In this document: piece after piece, positions 22,610 through 30,882 of the stretch
Layout: each line of letters begins with the position of its first letter
How positions within the stretch are numbered: the stretch's first letter is position 1
NCBI GenBank assembly: GCA_030602565.1
Contig: JAUVZL010000005.1
Location: 6,467 to 70,466 of the forward strand
DNA from: Candidatus Stahliibacteriota bacterium
GTDB lineage: Bacteria; Hydrothermota; Tepidihabitantia; SM23-42
Length of the DNA stretch: 64,000 nt
Direction: 5' to 3'
Position numbers and translations under genes: made by a program
The notes under the pieces: generated by a model
What the model saw: only the letters and a program-made list of their open reading frames with translations
Databases searched by the model: none
Told to the model about the DNA's origin: nothing

Positions 22610-22834
22610 AATGCCTTCCAGTTGCCGTATCGAAGCATTGGGCTTCTAAATGGTCTCGGCTCTATTGGGGTCATCTCAATACTTCCTCTTTCTAACTTCG
22701 TTAGACTCGAGACTATAGCGATACTTGCAGCATCTCGATAGACTCGATACTTTCAGCTTGACATTCGACAAAATCTAAAGTTACGGCTGGTTTTGTAAAT
22801 TAGAAGCCGCTGCTGAAAGTGTCGAACATAGTGA

Positions 22835-22916
22835 GCTGCAATTTTTTCATCTGCGAAGCAGTCGTTTCTCCGTGTCTCCGTTTCACCCATTCTCCGATTC
22901 TTAGGAAAGATTTGAC
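22835..22916 (+). repeat. 82-bp direct repeat, copy 2
   Basis: Identical by eye to 21772-21853. Confidence 0.92.
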
Positions 22917-22934
22917 GCCACAACCTCCTCTACT

Positions 22935-23045
22935 GTCATCGTCCGACTTGATCGGAGGAATTCGACGCCATGTCATCGTCCGACTTGCTGTAGTCCTGAG
23001 TTATATGTCGAAGGGATCGGACGATCCAAACTGGATTCCCCGGTC
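22935..23045. repeat. REP-like palindrome cluster (GTCATCGTCCGACTTGATCGG family)
   Basis: Two copies at 22935 and 22972; related in reverse complement to 59047-59075. Confidence 0.7.
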
Positions 23046-23222
23046 GGATAGAGCGGCGTTTTCCCGGAACGTCTCGAGCTTGTCGAGAGGTAAACCGCAG
23101 AAAGCATTTTTTGTAACCCTTGAAATTACGGCTAAAATCCGTGCAAAGTCAATGAAGACAACGTTTTGTACCATAATGGCCTTTTATGATCCTCTCCTCA
23201 TTTAGTTACAAGCCATAATGCT

Positions 23223-23411
23223 TTATTCGACTCCCACATTGCGAAACCCCTCTAAGACGATCTTAATTTTCTGGTCAACCGTGAATTTCCGCTTCGTTAC
23301 CTTCTTCACTTTACGGATCAGCTTTGCCGCACCACCAGGTGTCGGTCTTGGCTCTATTGTTATTTGAATGGATGTTGTGCTCTCCATCTTACGTCCTTCG
23401 GGGTACCTCAT
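23223..23411 (-). pseudogene. Truncated IS3-family transposase (OrfA N-terminus)
   Basis: 'KRKFTVDQKIKIVLEG' matches the IS3 OrfA start; the ORF ends before the HTH is complete. Confidence 0.65.
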
Positions 23412-23579
23412 TATACCCTGTTCCAGAGGGGAGCAACCTTAGAATGTCTCTACGAAAAAACTGGCTTTTTCTCCTATTTTGCCTGGAACATAACACGATT
23501 GGGAACATGTAATTTCTCTTCTTCTATTGATTTTTCATTCTTTGTGAGTATAATTCTGCAAGAGATAGCATAGAGAAAG

Positions 23580-24194
23580 ATGATGAAATACCAACCCTTT
23601 AGGCCCAGAAGCCCTGAATCAGTTTTCAGTGAAGCCAATATAATGACGTTAATTAGAGTAGTCTCGTCCCTTACTTTTTTTACACTGGCAATACTCAAAC
23701 ACAACCCAACATATAATTATATCGGTTTTGTGATCCACTGGATCGGGGATTTCATAGATGGATTCTGTGCTCGAAAATTGAAACAGGAAACGATTCTCGG
23801 AGCTGAGATAGACATTATCGCTGACCGGCTCGAGATCATCTGTTTCTATGTCATTTTCCTGTACTTTCGACCATATATATACTTACCTGTTATGCTCTAC
23901 CTCATCGATTACGCTTTCGTTGATTTCTACTTGAGTTATCAGTTCGTGAAATTCGATATTATATCACCCAATTATTTTTATAAAGTAAACAAGACCGTCT
24001 ATAAACTGAACTACTCCCCGGTCGCCAAGTTCTGCAATTCAAGCGTTGTAACACTGCTGTTGATTTTCCTTCCGCACCTGCACCTATTGGTCGCGGTAAT
24101 CGCTGGTGGTTTAGTGGCGGTCAAATCATACTCAGTATTCCTTCTGCGTAAAGATTTTGCAAAAAAGAGAATAGACGTTGGTTCATCAACATGA
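23580..24194 (+). CDS. CDP-alcohol phosphatidyltransferase family
   Basis: 'GDFIDGFCARKLKQETILGAEIDIIADR' motif. Confidence 0.88.
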   Translation: MMKYQPFRPRSPESVFSEANIMTLIRVVSSLTFFTLAILKHNPTYNYIGFVIHWIGDFIDGFCARKLKQETILGAEIDIIADRLEIICFYVIFLYFRPYIYLPVMLYLIDYAFVDFYLSYQFVKFDIISPNYFYKVNKTVYKLNYSPVAKFCNSSVVTLLLIFLPHLHLLVAVIAGGLVAVKSYSVFLLRKDFAKKRIDVGSST

Positions 24195-25162
24195 AATCTT
24201 TGATACGAACGCTCGCTCTGTTACAAAGGGGCATAGGCAACTATATTCGGAAAAAACCCTATTGTGTCTCGTTTGAAGTTACTTACCACTGTAATGCCAG
24301 ATGCAAACATTGCCATCTTGGGGGTCTGATAGAGGAACATAGAGCAATGCCTGAGATATACGGTGAGAGATGCAACCAGTTGCGTCCAGTTGTGGCTCAG
24401 GTGTCAGGCGGCGAACCATTGCTACGCAATGATCTTGAGCGTATCATCGAAGCCTTAAGGACACCTAACCGGGCTCCGTATATCGTGGTTACAACAAATG
24501 GTGCACTTCTGACCAAGGAACGATTCCGTAGCCTCTGTAAATCTGGAGTGGATTCGTACTCGCTTTCACTGGATTACCCTGATGAACGCCACAATGAATT
24601 TCGTCGTGTTCCGCGGCTTTTCCAACGAATCCAGAAATTGATAAAGGAGCTCGAACCCGAGGAGCGGAATATCATAACCATCAGTTGTGTTGTTCAACGA
24701 GATAATTTCAGAGATCTTATTGCCATAGCAAAGCTGGCAAAAGAATGGGGAGTCAATATCAACTACAGCACTTATACTTGGTTAAGGACTAAAGATAAGG
24801 GTTATATGCTCACGAAAAAGGACCTGGCAGAATTTAAACTAATAGTGGCCAGGCTACTTGATTTCAGAAAACGCTATAAGAACTTATTTGCTACAGAATA
24901 TGTTTTTGGCAGAATGATCAGATTTTTCGAAAATGGTTTTATACCTGATTGCCGAGCTGGGCAGACTTTCCTGATCGTGAACCCAGATGGTACGCTTTCT
25001 CCATGTGGTTTAATTAATAAAAAATATGATACTCAAGAAGAGATTATCCAAGATTTCTCACGGATGAATGTTTGTGGAGACTGCAATACCAGTATCCGCG
25101 CCAATTCTGAAAAACCAGCCAGATATCTTATGCGAGATAATCTCTGGACACTATTAAAATAA
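24191..25162 (+). CDS. Radical SAM protein with C-terminal Cys cluster (SPASM/twitch-like)
   Basis: CNARCKHC, SGGEPLLR, TTNG; C-terminal CRAG...PCG...CGDC. Confidence 0.9.
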   Translation: MKSLIRTLALLQRGIGNYIRKKPYCVSFEVTYHCNARCKHCHLGGLIEEHRAMPEIYGERCNQLRPVVAQVSGGEPLLRNDLERIIEALRTPNRAPYIVVTTNGALLTKERFRSLCKSGVDSYSLSLDYPDERHNEFRRVPRLFQRIQKLIKELEPEERNIITISCVVQRDNFRDLIAIAKLAKEWGVNINYSTYTWLRTKDKGYMLTKKDLAEFKLIVARLLDFRKRYKNLFATEYVFGRMIRFFENGFIPDCRAGQTFLIVNPDGTLSPCGLINKKYDTQEEIIQDFSRMNVCGDCNTSIRANSEKPARYLMRDNLWTLLK

Positions 25163-25176
25163 TAACAGCCAGTCCA

Positions 25177-25836
25177 ATGAACCAGGATAGAAACGGCGCT
25201 GTACCAAACAACACCGTGAAAAAAGAATCGACCCCGGTTATTAAGATATTAATAGTAGGGTGTGAGATTTGTCTTGTAGCGATTTTGCTAGTGCTCTGGC
25301 TAACCTCCCCATCTATTCGCCAGAGCAAGAATTTATGGGTCTTATTCTTCTACAGCTTTCCCTCAATGTTTCTTATTGCGATCGTTCCCCATGAGCCGGT
25401 TTTATTGTATTTCAGCAAGTTCTATTCACCTGTGTCAGTGGCACTTGTAGCCATTTCAGGTGTGCTTCTGACAGAAGCCCTGAACTATACAGTCTTCAAA
25501 TTCTTTGCTGATCTAAAACTTTCTAAAAAATTGTTGAAGAGTAAAATAGTGACCAGATTGGTCGATCTGTTCAAAAAATATCCATTTATCGTATTGTGGG
25601 TGGCTGGCTTCACACCGGTTCCGTTTTATCCTTTTCGCTTCCTTGTAATTTTGGCACGCTATCCATTATGGAAATATTTGCTCGTCGTTTTCCTATCAAG
25701 AACACCGAGATTCTACATCCTGGCCCTTATTGGCTATGTCCTCAAAATACCAAATTCATTAATAATCATCATCTTCATCGGCATTACAATTTTGATATAC
25801 CTGCCTCTTATCAGAAATGCCCTGAAGAAAAAATAA
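25177..25836 (+). CDS. DedA/VTT-family membrane protein
   Basis: Hydrophobic; 'AGFTPVPFYPF...ARYPLWKYLLVVFLSRTPRF'. Confidence 0.75.
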   Translation: MNQDRNGAVPNNTVKKESTPVIKILIVGCEICLVAILLVLWLTSPSIRQSKNLWVLFFYSFPSMFLIAIVPHEPVLLYFSKFYSPVSVALVAISGVLLTEALNYTVFKFFADLKLSKKLLKSKIVTRLVDLFKKYPFIVLWVAGFTPVPFYPFRFLVILARYPLWKYLLVVFLSRTPRFYILALIGYVLKIPNSLIIIIFIGITILIYLPLIRNALKKK

Positions 25837-26057
25837 TAGAGCTGTGGGGTCATCGAAGCTACTTATAATCGCTGCCAAATGAATTAAGTATATAAATCTG
25901 GTCTATTCTGTCAAGATCAGTTAATATGGCACAGCAAACATATACTATCAAGACATTTTCTCACAAATGCTTATAGATATTAGCACAAAGTAAATCATGT
26001 TCTAGTGCACAGCGGTTAACAAAACCGCGGTTCTTAAAATAACAATGAAATACGCAT

Positions 26058-27560
26058 TCAGGGCAGTGGTACTTTAGTTATTTTGGGGTCTTTGCCGAAA
26101 AGATTGGAATAGATCTTTGGATAATCTGATTTGCCGCCAAGGAGTAGAGTAGTTATTGGCATCACCTTTTTTGCTAATTTTGACATTTTATTGGCTTTGT
26201 ACCTGATGTCCCACTGGGCAGTCGGGTCTTCACGCAAACGTGATATATGATAGAATTCCCTCAAGTTCACGCTCAAGAGGACTCTCTTGCGGTGTGCATT
26301 TGTGAGTATATAACTTCCAACCCCAGGATGTTTTTTTTCTATTTTTTTGTAAACTGCTGCACTTTTCTTTGCTATTCTTGTAAACCCTTTTTCCTCACCA
26401 ACTTGTATAACTGATTCAGGGATTGTCAAACCAAGTTCTGGTTCATACCCCTGACATGTTAATGAAGCGATACGGTGGCGTTTGAGCTGACCAAAACAAC
26501 CTCCTGAAACTATTAAGGAGAAGGTCAGCTTCGCAAATTCGAACTCCCTGAGCAGGACATCGTATAATTCCATACGCTCGCAGGATTTTTTATAGAGCGC
26601 AACTTTTTTCTTCTTGGACAGATTTCTTACACACCTTATAGCATCCCTGTAACTTCTCTTTGAGGTCCTAAACAAAAGCGCCGCGAGGATTCTATTATCG
26701 CCATCTGGAGTATAATCAACAAGCTTTACCTCCCCCCCTCCTATTTCCTCCCCCTCGAGGGGGGAGGATAATGGTGGGGGTGAAATTTCTAATCTTCTCG
26801 CATATTTTCGTAATTCAGGATATGTTTTCTGGTCATAATCGTTTGCCTTATGGAACAAGATAATCGAAGGTGCTATTTTATGAACCAACACGTAAAGTTT
26901 TTTTCCAAGCTCATTAATTTCTTTCAAGTTATGTGAAGCAAATCTTCTGATCATCAATTCCAGGTTACGTGCGTTTATTGTTGCGCCAAGCTGGGCTTGG
27001 GTTGCCAGAGACAGGATATACCGGGCATCCTCTTTTGCTGAGTTCTTAAGAGTCTTTTCATTTTTTCGGTTTTTCGCAAGCCCGGGATTTTTCCTGAGGT
27101 TGTATGCACTAATCTTTTTGTAGAGTTTTCTGTAGTAATCATTCTGAAGCTTTATCATATTGAGATAATCATTTTTTAAACTGGAATTTTTCAGTACTGT
27201 AGGGATCACAAAATCGCCTTTTAGAGTTACATAGCGCTGAGATTTTTCAGTATATGAACACAAGCGGAATTTCTCGAGTTCTTCAACGGCAAGACGAGAA
27301 ATTCCAATAATATCAAAATTAAATACTGCATGTTCGGCAATAGAGTGATGTCCCATTTCAAAAATTATCGTGCGATTTGAACGCCGTGCTTTTGCCACTT
27401 CTTTGCATGATTCTTGTCTTAGCTTATCTACTGGCTTAGGGCTTCGGCTAATCCGCGCATATGCCGCTGATATCGATTCCGGGGTTAATACAATATCCTT
27501 TTTCTTGTATTCTTTTAAGGCATTGAGGTCAACATTGAATCCCGCTAAGATCACCTTCAT
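26058..27560 (-). CDS. thyX: FAD-dependent thymidylate synthase-like protein with two Thy1 domains
   Basis: 'GHHSIAEHA', 'SYTEKSQRY', 'EDARY', second domain 'QLKRHR...NLREFYHISRLR...AQWDIR'. Confidence 0.85.
   Translation of the reverse strand: MKVILAGFNVDLNALKEYKKKDIVLTPESISAAYARISRSPKPVDKLRQESCKEVAKARRSNRTIIFEMGHHSIAEHAVFNFDIIGISRLAVEELEKFRLCSYTEKSQRYVTLKGDFVIPTVLKNSSLKNDYLNMIKLQNDYYRKLYKKISAYNLRKNPGLAKNRKNEKTLKNSAKEDARYILSLATQAQLGATINARNLELMIRRFASHNLKEINELGKKLYVLVHKIAPSIILFHKANDYDQKTYPELRKYARRLEISPPPLSSPLEGEEIGGGEVKLVDYTPDGDNRILAALLFRTSKRSYRDAIRCVRNLSKKKKVALYKKSCERMELYDVLLREFEFAKLTFSLIVSGGCFGQLKRHRIASLTCQGYEPELGLTIPESVIQVGEEKGFTRIAKKSAAVYKKIEKKHPGVGSYILTNAHRKRVLLSVNLREFYHISRLREDPTAQWDIRYKANKMSKLAKKVMPITTLLLGGKSDYPKIYSNLFGKDPKITKVPLP
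26733..26784 (-). repeat. Palindromic repeat inserted in frame in thyX
   Basis: TCACCCCCACCATTATCCTCCCCCCTCGAGGGGGAGGAAAT; encodes SPPPLSSPLEGEEI. Confidence 0.75.
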
Positions 27561-27710
27561 ATAATCACAGATTATTGCTCCGTATTCGTGATTCGTGTGT
27601 CGTATTCGTTAATTTTAATTTTATAATTTGACATTCATCCACGCCCATCATAGATGAGCGGGATTCATTTGCGATTTGAGATTTGTCCTTTGTCATTATT
27701 TGTGTTTCCC

Positions 27711-28796
27711 TTACTGCTTACTTTTTTCTTCGAATCTTCTTTTAATGTCTCGCGCAATGAGCTTGAGTGAAGGTAACATACTCTCTGCGGTTTTCCGGTA
27801 AGCATCGATATCCTGTCCAATTGGATCAGAGATTTCGTTATATTTCACCTTTCTCTTGTATTCTTTTAAAAGAAACGTCTTTACTGCGGCGCCTGGTTGA
27901 ATATCTATAACACACTGAAAGTGCTTGTAACCCATAACAAGGATCAAATCTGCCCAGTCTATCAACTCCCTGGTTAATGTCTGGGACAGGTTTTCTTTAA
28001 TTGAACCACCGTATTCTTCGACGACCTGCACACCGTTATCTGATGGCGGCAACCCACTCATGGGCAAATTGCCGCATGATTTTACAGTACAGTACTCTTC
28101 GTCTACCATGGTTTTAAGAACACCTTGAGCCATAGGGCTGCGGCAGGTATTACCAGTACACACAAACAGTACGTTGAACTTCAGGGGTTGTTTCAATATA
28201 ACATTGCGACCATAGACCTTTTCGATTTCAAGAATCGGGATCGCGCCTTTCCTTTTTACTAATGGTGGAGTGCATGCCAAATCAATAACTGTGGAAGGTT
28301 TTGAAATAAGTTCTCCACCATCGACAACCAAATCAACCTCTGGGAATTGCTCGGCAATAGCTAATGCTGAACAGAGTGTTGGTTGACCTGAACGGTTAGC
28401 GCTTGTTACAGCCAAAGGGTTTTCATATTTACTCAAGAGTTTAATAATAAAATCAACTTGAGGGACTCTTATACCGATTTTTTCGCTATTGATTGACAAG
28501 AACTTTTTAGTGTTTCTTCTCAATATAACGGTAATCGGTCCGGGAACAAAACATTCTATGATCTTTCTTTTGGTAATATGAGCATAATCTTCTATGCGAT
28601 TCCTTGACATGAAAAATGCAAACGGCTTCTCTTCACGTTCCTTGATCTTGGCTAATTTATTCAGTGCTTTATCATTTGATCCATCCACGGCAAGACCATA
28701 GACCGTATCAGTTGGTAGAGAAATAATCCGTCCCGCTTTGAGACTTTCTATGAGTTGGGAATAAAATTCTGGCGTGTCTTCGATTTTGACTATCAT
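27711..28796 (-). CDS. Fusion: TsaC/Sua5 threonylcarbamoyl-AMP synthase + low-molecular-weight protein phosphatase
   Basis: N-terminal PTDTVYGL, PGPIT, IGIRVP, TSANRSG; C-terminal VLFVCTGNTCRSPMA and DP motif. Confidence 0.9.
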   Translation of the reverse strand: MIVKIEDTPEFYSQLIESLKAGRIISLPTDTVYGLAVDGSNDKALNKLAKIKEREEKPFAFFMSRNRIEDYAHITKRKIIECFVPGPITVILRRNTKKFLSINSEKIGIRVPQVDFIIKLLSKYENPLAVTSANRSGQPTLCSALAIAEQFPEVDLVVDGGELISKPSTVIDLACTPPLVKRKGAIPILEIEKVYGRNVILKQPLKFNVLFVCTGNTCRSPMAQGVLKTMVDEEYCTVKSCGNLPMSGLPPSDNGVQVVEEYGGSIKENLSQTLTRELIDWADLILVMGYKHFQCVIDIQPGAAVKTFLLKEYKRKVKYNEISDPIGQDIDAYRKTAESMLPSLKLIARDIKRRFEEKSKQ

Positions 28797-28811
28797 GTAT
28801 ACTTACCTAAA

Positions 28812-28942
28812 TCGCCCAATGAATTGGGCGACTACAGTTGGTTGAGAAATTGTAGTAGCCTGATTTATCAGGTATTGCCCAATGAATTGGGCGACTACAT
28901 TATTAACCACCAACTTGTAGTAGCAGCCTGATTTATCAGGCA
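28812..28942. repeat. BIME-like cluster of GTAG-type REP palindromes
   Basis: Alternating (T)CGCCCAATGAATTGGGCGACTAC and GTAGTAGCCTGATTTATCAGG units. Confidence 0.85.
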
Positions 28943-28956
28943 TCATAAATCGAAGT

Positions 28957-29379
28957 TTATGCCCTGGATGTTTTCTCACTCATTGAATGGTATAATCGAC
29001 TGGCGAATATGGCAGCGTTTTTCACGCCGTGTTTCCCGATTCCAAAACACGCCACTGGTACACCTGAAGGCATCTGGACAATTGAAAGTAGTGAATCGAT
29101 GCCGCCTAACGTTGAAACTGGCAAAGGAACTCCAAGAACCGGGATATCAGTCATCGAAGCAATGAACCCGGGTAAATGAGCCGCAAGGCCAGCACCGGCA
29201 ATAATCGCAATAACATCTTCATCCTTTGCCTTTTCCAATAACGCCTTGATTTTTTCAGGTTCACGGTGCGCCGAATGAACATAAGTCTCAAAAGGGATTG
29301 ATTCTTTCCTAAGAATCTCTTCAGCACTTGCCATAATCTCTTTATCAGACTTGCTGCCCATAAATATCCAGATCTTCAT
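28957..29379 (-). CDS. purE: N5-CAIR mutase / AIR carboxylase
   Basis: MGSKSD, SAHR, AGAGLAAHLPG, VQMPSGVPVA. Confidence 0.95.
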   Translation of the reverse strand: MKIWIFMGSKSDKEIMASAEEILRKESIPFETYVHSAHREPEKIKALLEKAKDEDVIAIIAGAGLAAHLPGFIASMTDIPVLGVPLPVSTLGGIDSLLSIVQMPSGVPVACFGIGKHGVKNAAIFASRLYHSMSEKTSRA

Positions 29380-29489
29380 CCCGCTCCTTTCTTGGTCCAG
29401 ACCTCATCAAAATTCATTGGTAATGCTATTGTTATATCTATACTTAACATGTAAACATAATTTTTCTTCTGATAAGGGGCTGGATTCAT
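29376..29489 (-). mobile_element. 114-nt ATGAA-flanked cassette (MITE-like) encoding a 37-aa ORF, copy 1
   Basis: ATGAATCCAGCCCCTT...GAAAGGAGCGGGATGA; MNPAPYQKKNYVYMLSIDITIALPMNFDEVWTKKGAG*. Confidence 0.75.
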
Positions 29490-30772
29490 TTGCGCCTCTT
29501 TCTTTTCATTTTCTTCATACCAGAATTACCAATGTCCTTGCGGTAGTACATGCCTTTGAAACGGATTTTCTTGATTTCACTATAGACATTCTGCTTTGCG
29601 ACCTTTAAATTCTCATGCGTCGTAACAATATTCAGTACCCGTCCTGATGCAGTAACTAATTTCGAATCCTCTTTTTTGGTACCTGCTTGAAAAACAATTG
29701 TCTTGGGCGACAATTTTTCTTTAAACTGAATTTCCTCGCCAACTCGATAATCAAATGGATAACCACCTGAAGCCAGAACAACACAAATTGACCAGTGATT
29801 CTTTATTTTGATCTCCACATCCGCGAGTTTACCGTCAGCCACGGCAAGAAGCGGTTCAAGCATATCACCTTCTATTATAGGCAGAATCACCTGGGCTTCA
29901 GGATCACCAAAGCGGCAGTTAAATTCCAGAACTTTCGGACCCAATGAGGTAATGATAATGCCCGCATATAGAACACCCTTGTAATTCATGCCCTGGTCTC
30001 GTAAAGCTAAAACTGTTGGTTGAATAATGACTTTTTCAACAATACTGCTTACGCGGCGATTTGTCGGGTAAGGGGCATATGCGCCCATGCCCCCGGTATT
30101 TGGCCCCCGGTTGCGATCGTATAACTTCTTGTGGTCTTGAGAAGACGGTAAATAGGTAATTGTCGTGCCATCGGTTAGAACAAATATCGAAGCCTCCTGA
30201 CCAGTAAGGAATTCTTCTACAACAATCCGCTTGCCAGCTTCACCAAGGCGGTGTTGCACAAGTATTTCATCAATTGTCTTTTCGTATGCTTTTCTTGTGT
30301 TTGCCACAAACACACCCTTGCCCCCGGCCAAACCTGAAGCTTTAATAACGACCGGGTATTTGCTAATTGTTTTGGTGTATTTCAACGCCTCAGAGGCAGT
30401 GTCATACACCTGGAATTCCGGTGCCGGTATGCCAAATCGGTGCATGAACTCGCGGGCAAACGACTTGTCAGCTTCGATACGGCTTGCTTTTTTGTTGGGA
30501 CCAAATATTCTCAGACCCTTCTGCTCAAACTCATCGACAATACCTAAGGCAAGAGGGATTTCTGGTCCAACCACAGTTAAATCGATTTTCTTCTCCTCGG
30601 CAAAACGGACCAAACCGTTAATATCAGAAGCCAGAATATTAACACATGTCCCCAGCTCAGCAATTCCAGGGTTTCCTGGTGCTGCATATATCTTCGTAAT
30701 TTTTTTTGCTTTATTCAATTTCCAGGCAAGGGCATGTTCCCTGCCACCACCGCCGACAATTAAAACCTTCAT
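29486..30772 (-). CDS. purD: Phosphoribosylamine-glycine ligase
   Basis: GGGGREHAL, APGNPG, VVGPE, SQDHK, GPNTGGMG, EFNCRFGDPE. Confidence 0.98.
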   Translation of the reverse strand: MKVLIVGGGGREHALAWKLNKAKKITKIYAAPGNPGIAELGTCVNILASDINGLVRFAEEKKIDLTVVGPEIPLALGIVDEFEQKGLRIFGPNKKASRIEADKSFAREFMHRFGIPAPEFQVYDTASEALKYTKTISKYPVVIKASGLAGGKGVFVANTRKAYEKTIDEILVQHRLGEAGKRIVVEEFLTGQEASIFVLTDGTTITYLPSSQDHKKLYDRNRGPNTGGMGAYAPYPTNRRVSSIVEKVIIQPTVLALRDQGMNYKGVLYAGIIITSLGPKVLEFNCRFGDPEAQVILPIIEGDMLEPLLAVADGKLADVEIKIKNHWSICVVLASGGYPFDYRVGEEIQFKEKLSPKTIVFQAGTKKEDSKLVTASGRVLNIVTTHENLKVAKQNVYSEIKKIRFKGMYYRKDIGNSGMKKMKRKRRK

Positions 30773-30882
30773 CCCGCTCCTTTCTTAATCCATCTTTCAC
30801 CAAAATTCAATGGCGAGGTTGTTGTTATGTTTATACTTAACATGTAAACATGATTTTTCTCGTGATAAGGAGCTGGATTCAT
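30769..30882 (-). mobile_element. 114-nt ATGAA-flanked cassette, copy 2
   Basis: MNPAPYHEKNHVYMLSINITTTSPLNFGERWIKKGAG*; 19 mismatches to copy 1, no indels. Confidence 0.75.

Noticed and set aside
20846-23100. CRISPR array
   Set aside because: The repeats are contiguous heptamers or two-copy repeats without unique regular spacers; no cas genes
21720-23205. ORFs 21720-21980 and 22819-23205 sharing the peptide CNFFICEAVVSPCLRF
   Set aside because: The shared peptide is just the translation of the 82-bp DNA repeat; no RBS or domain features
20957-23500. tRNA-integrated genomic island or prophage
   Set aside because: The accessory DNA lies on the 5' side of tRNA-Leu; no duplicated tRNA end and no integrase seen
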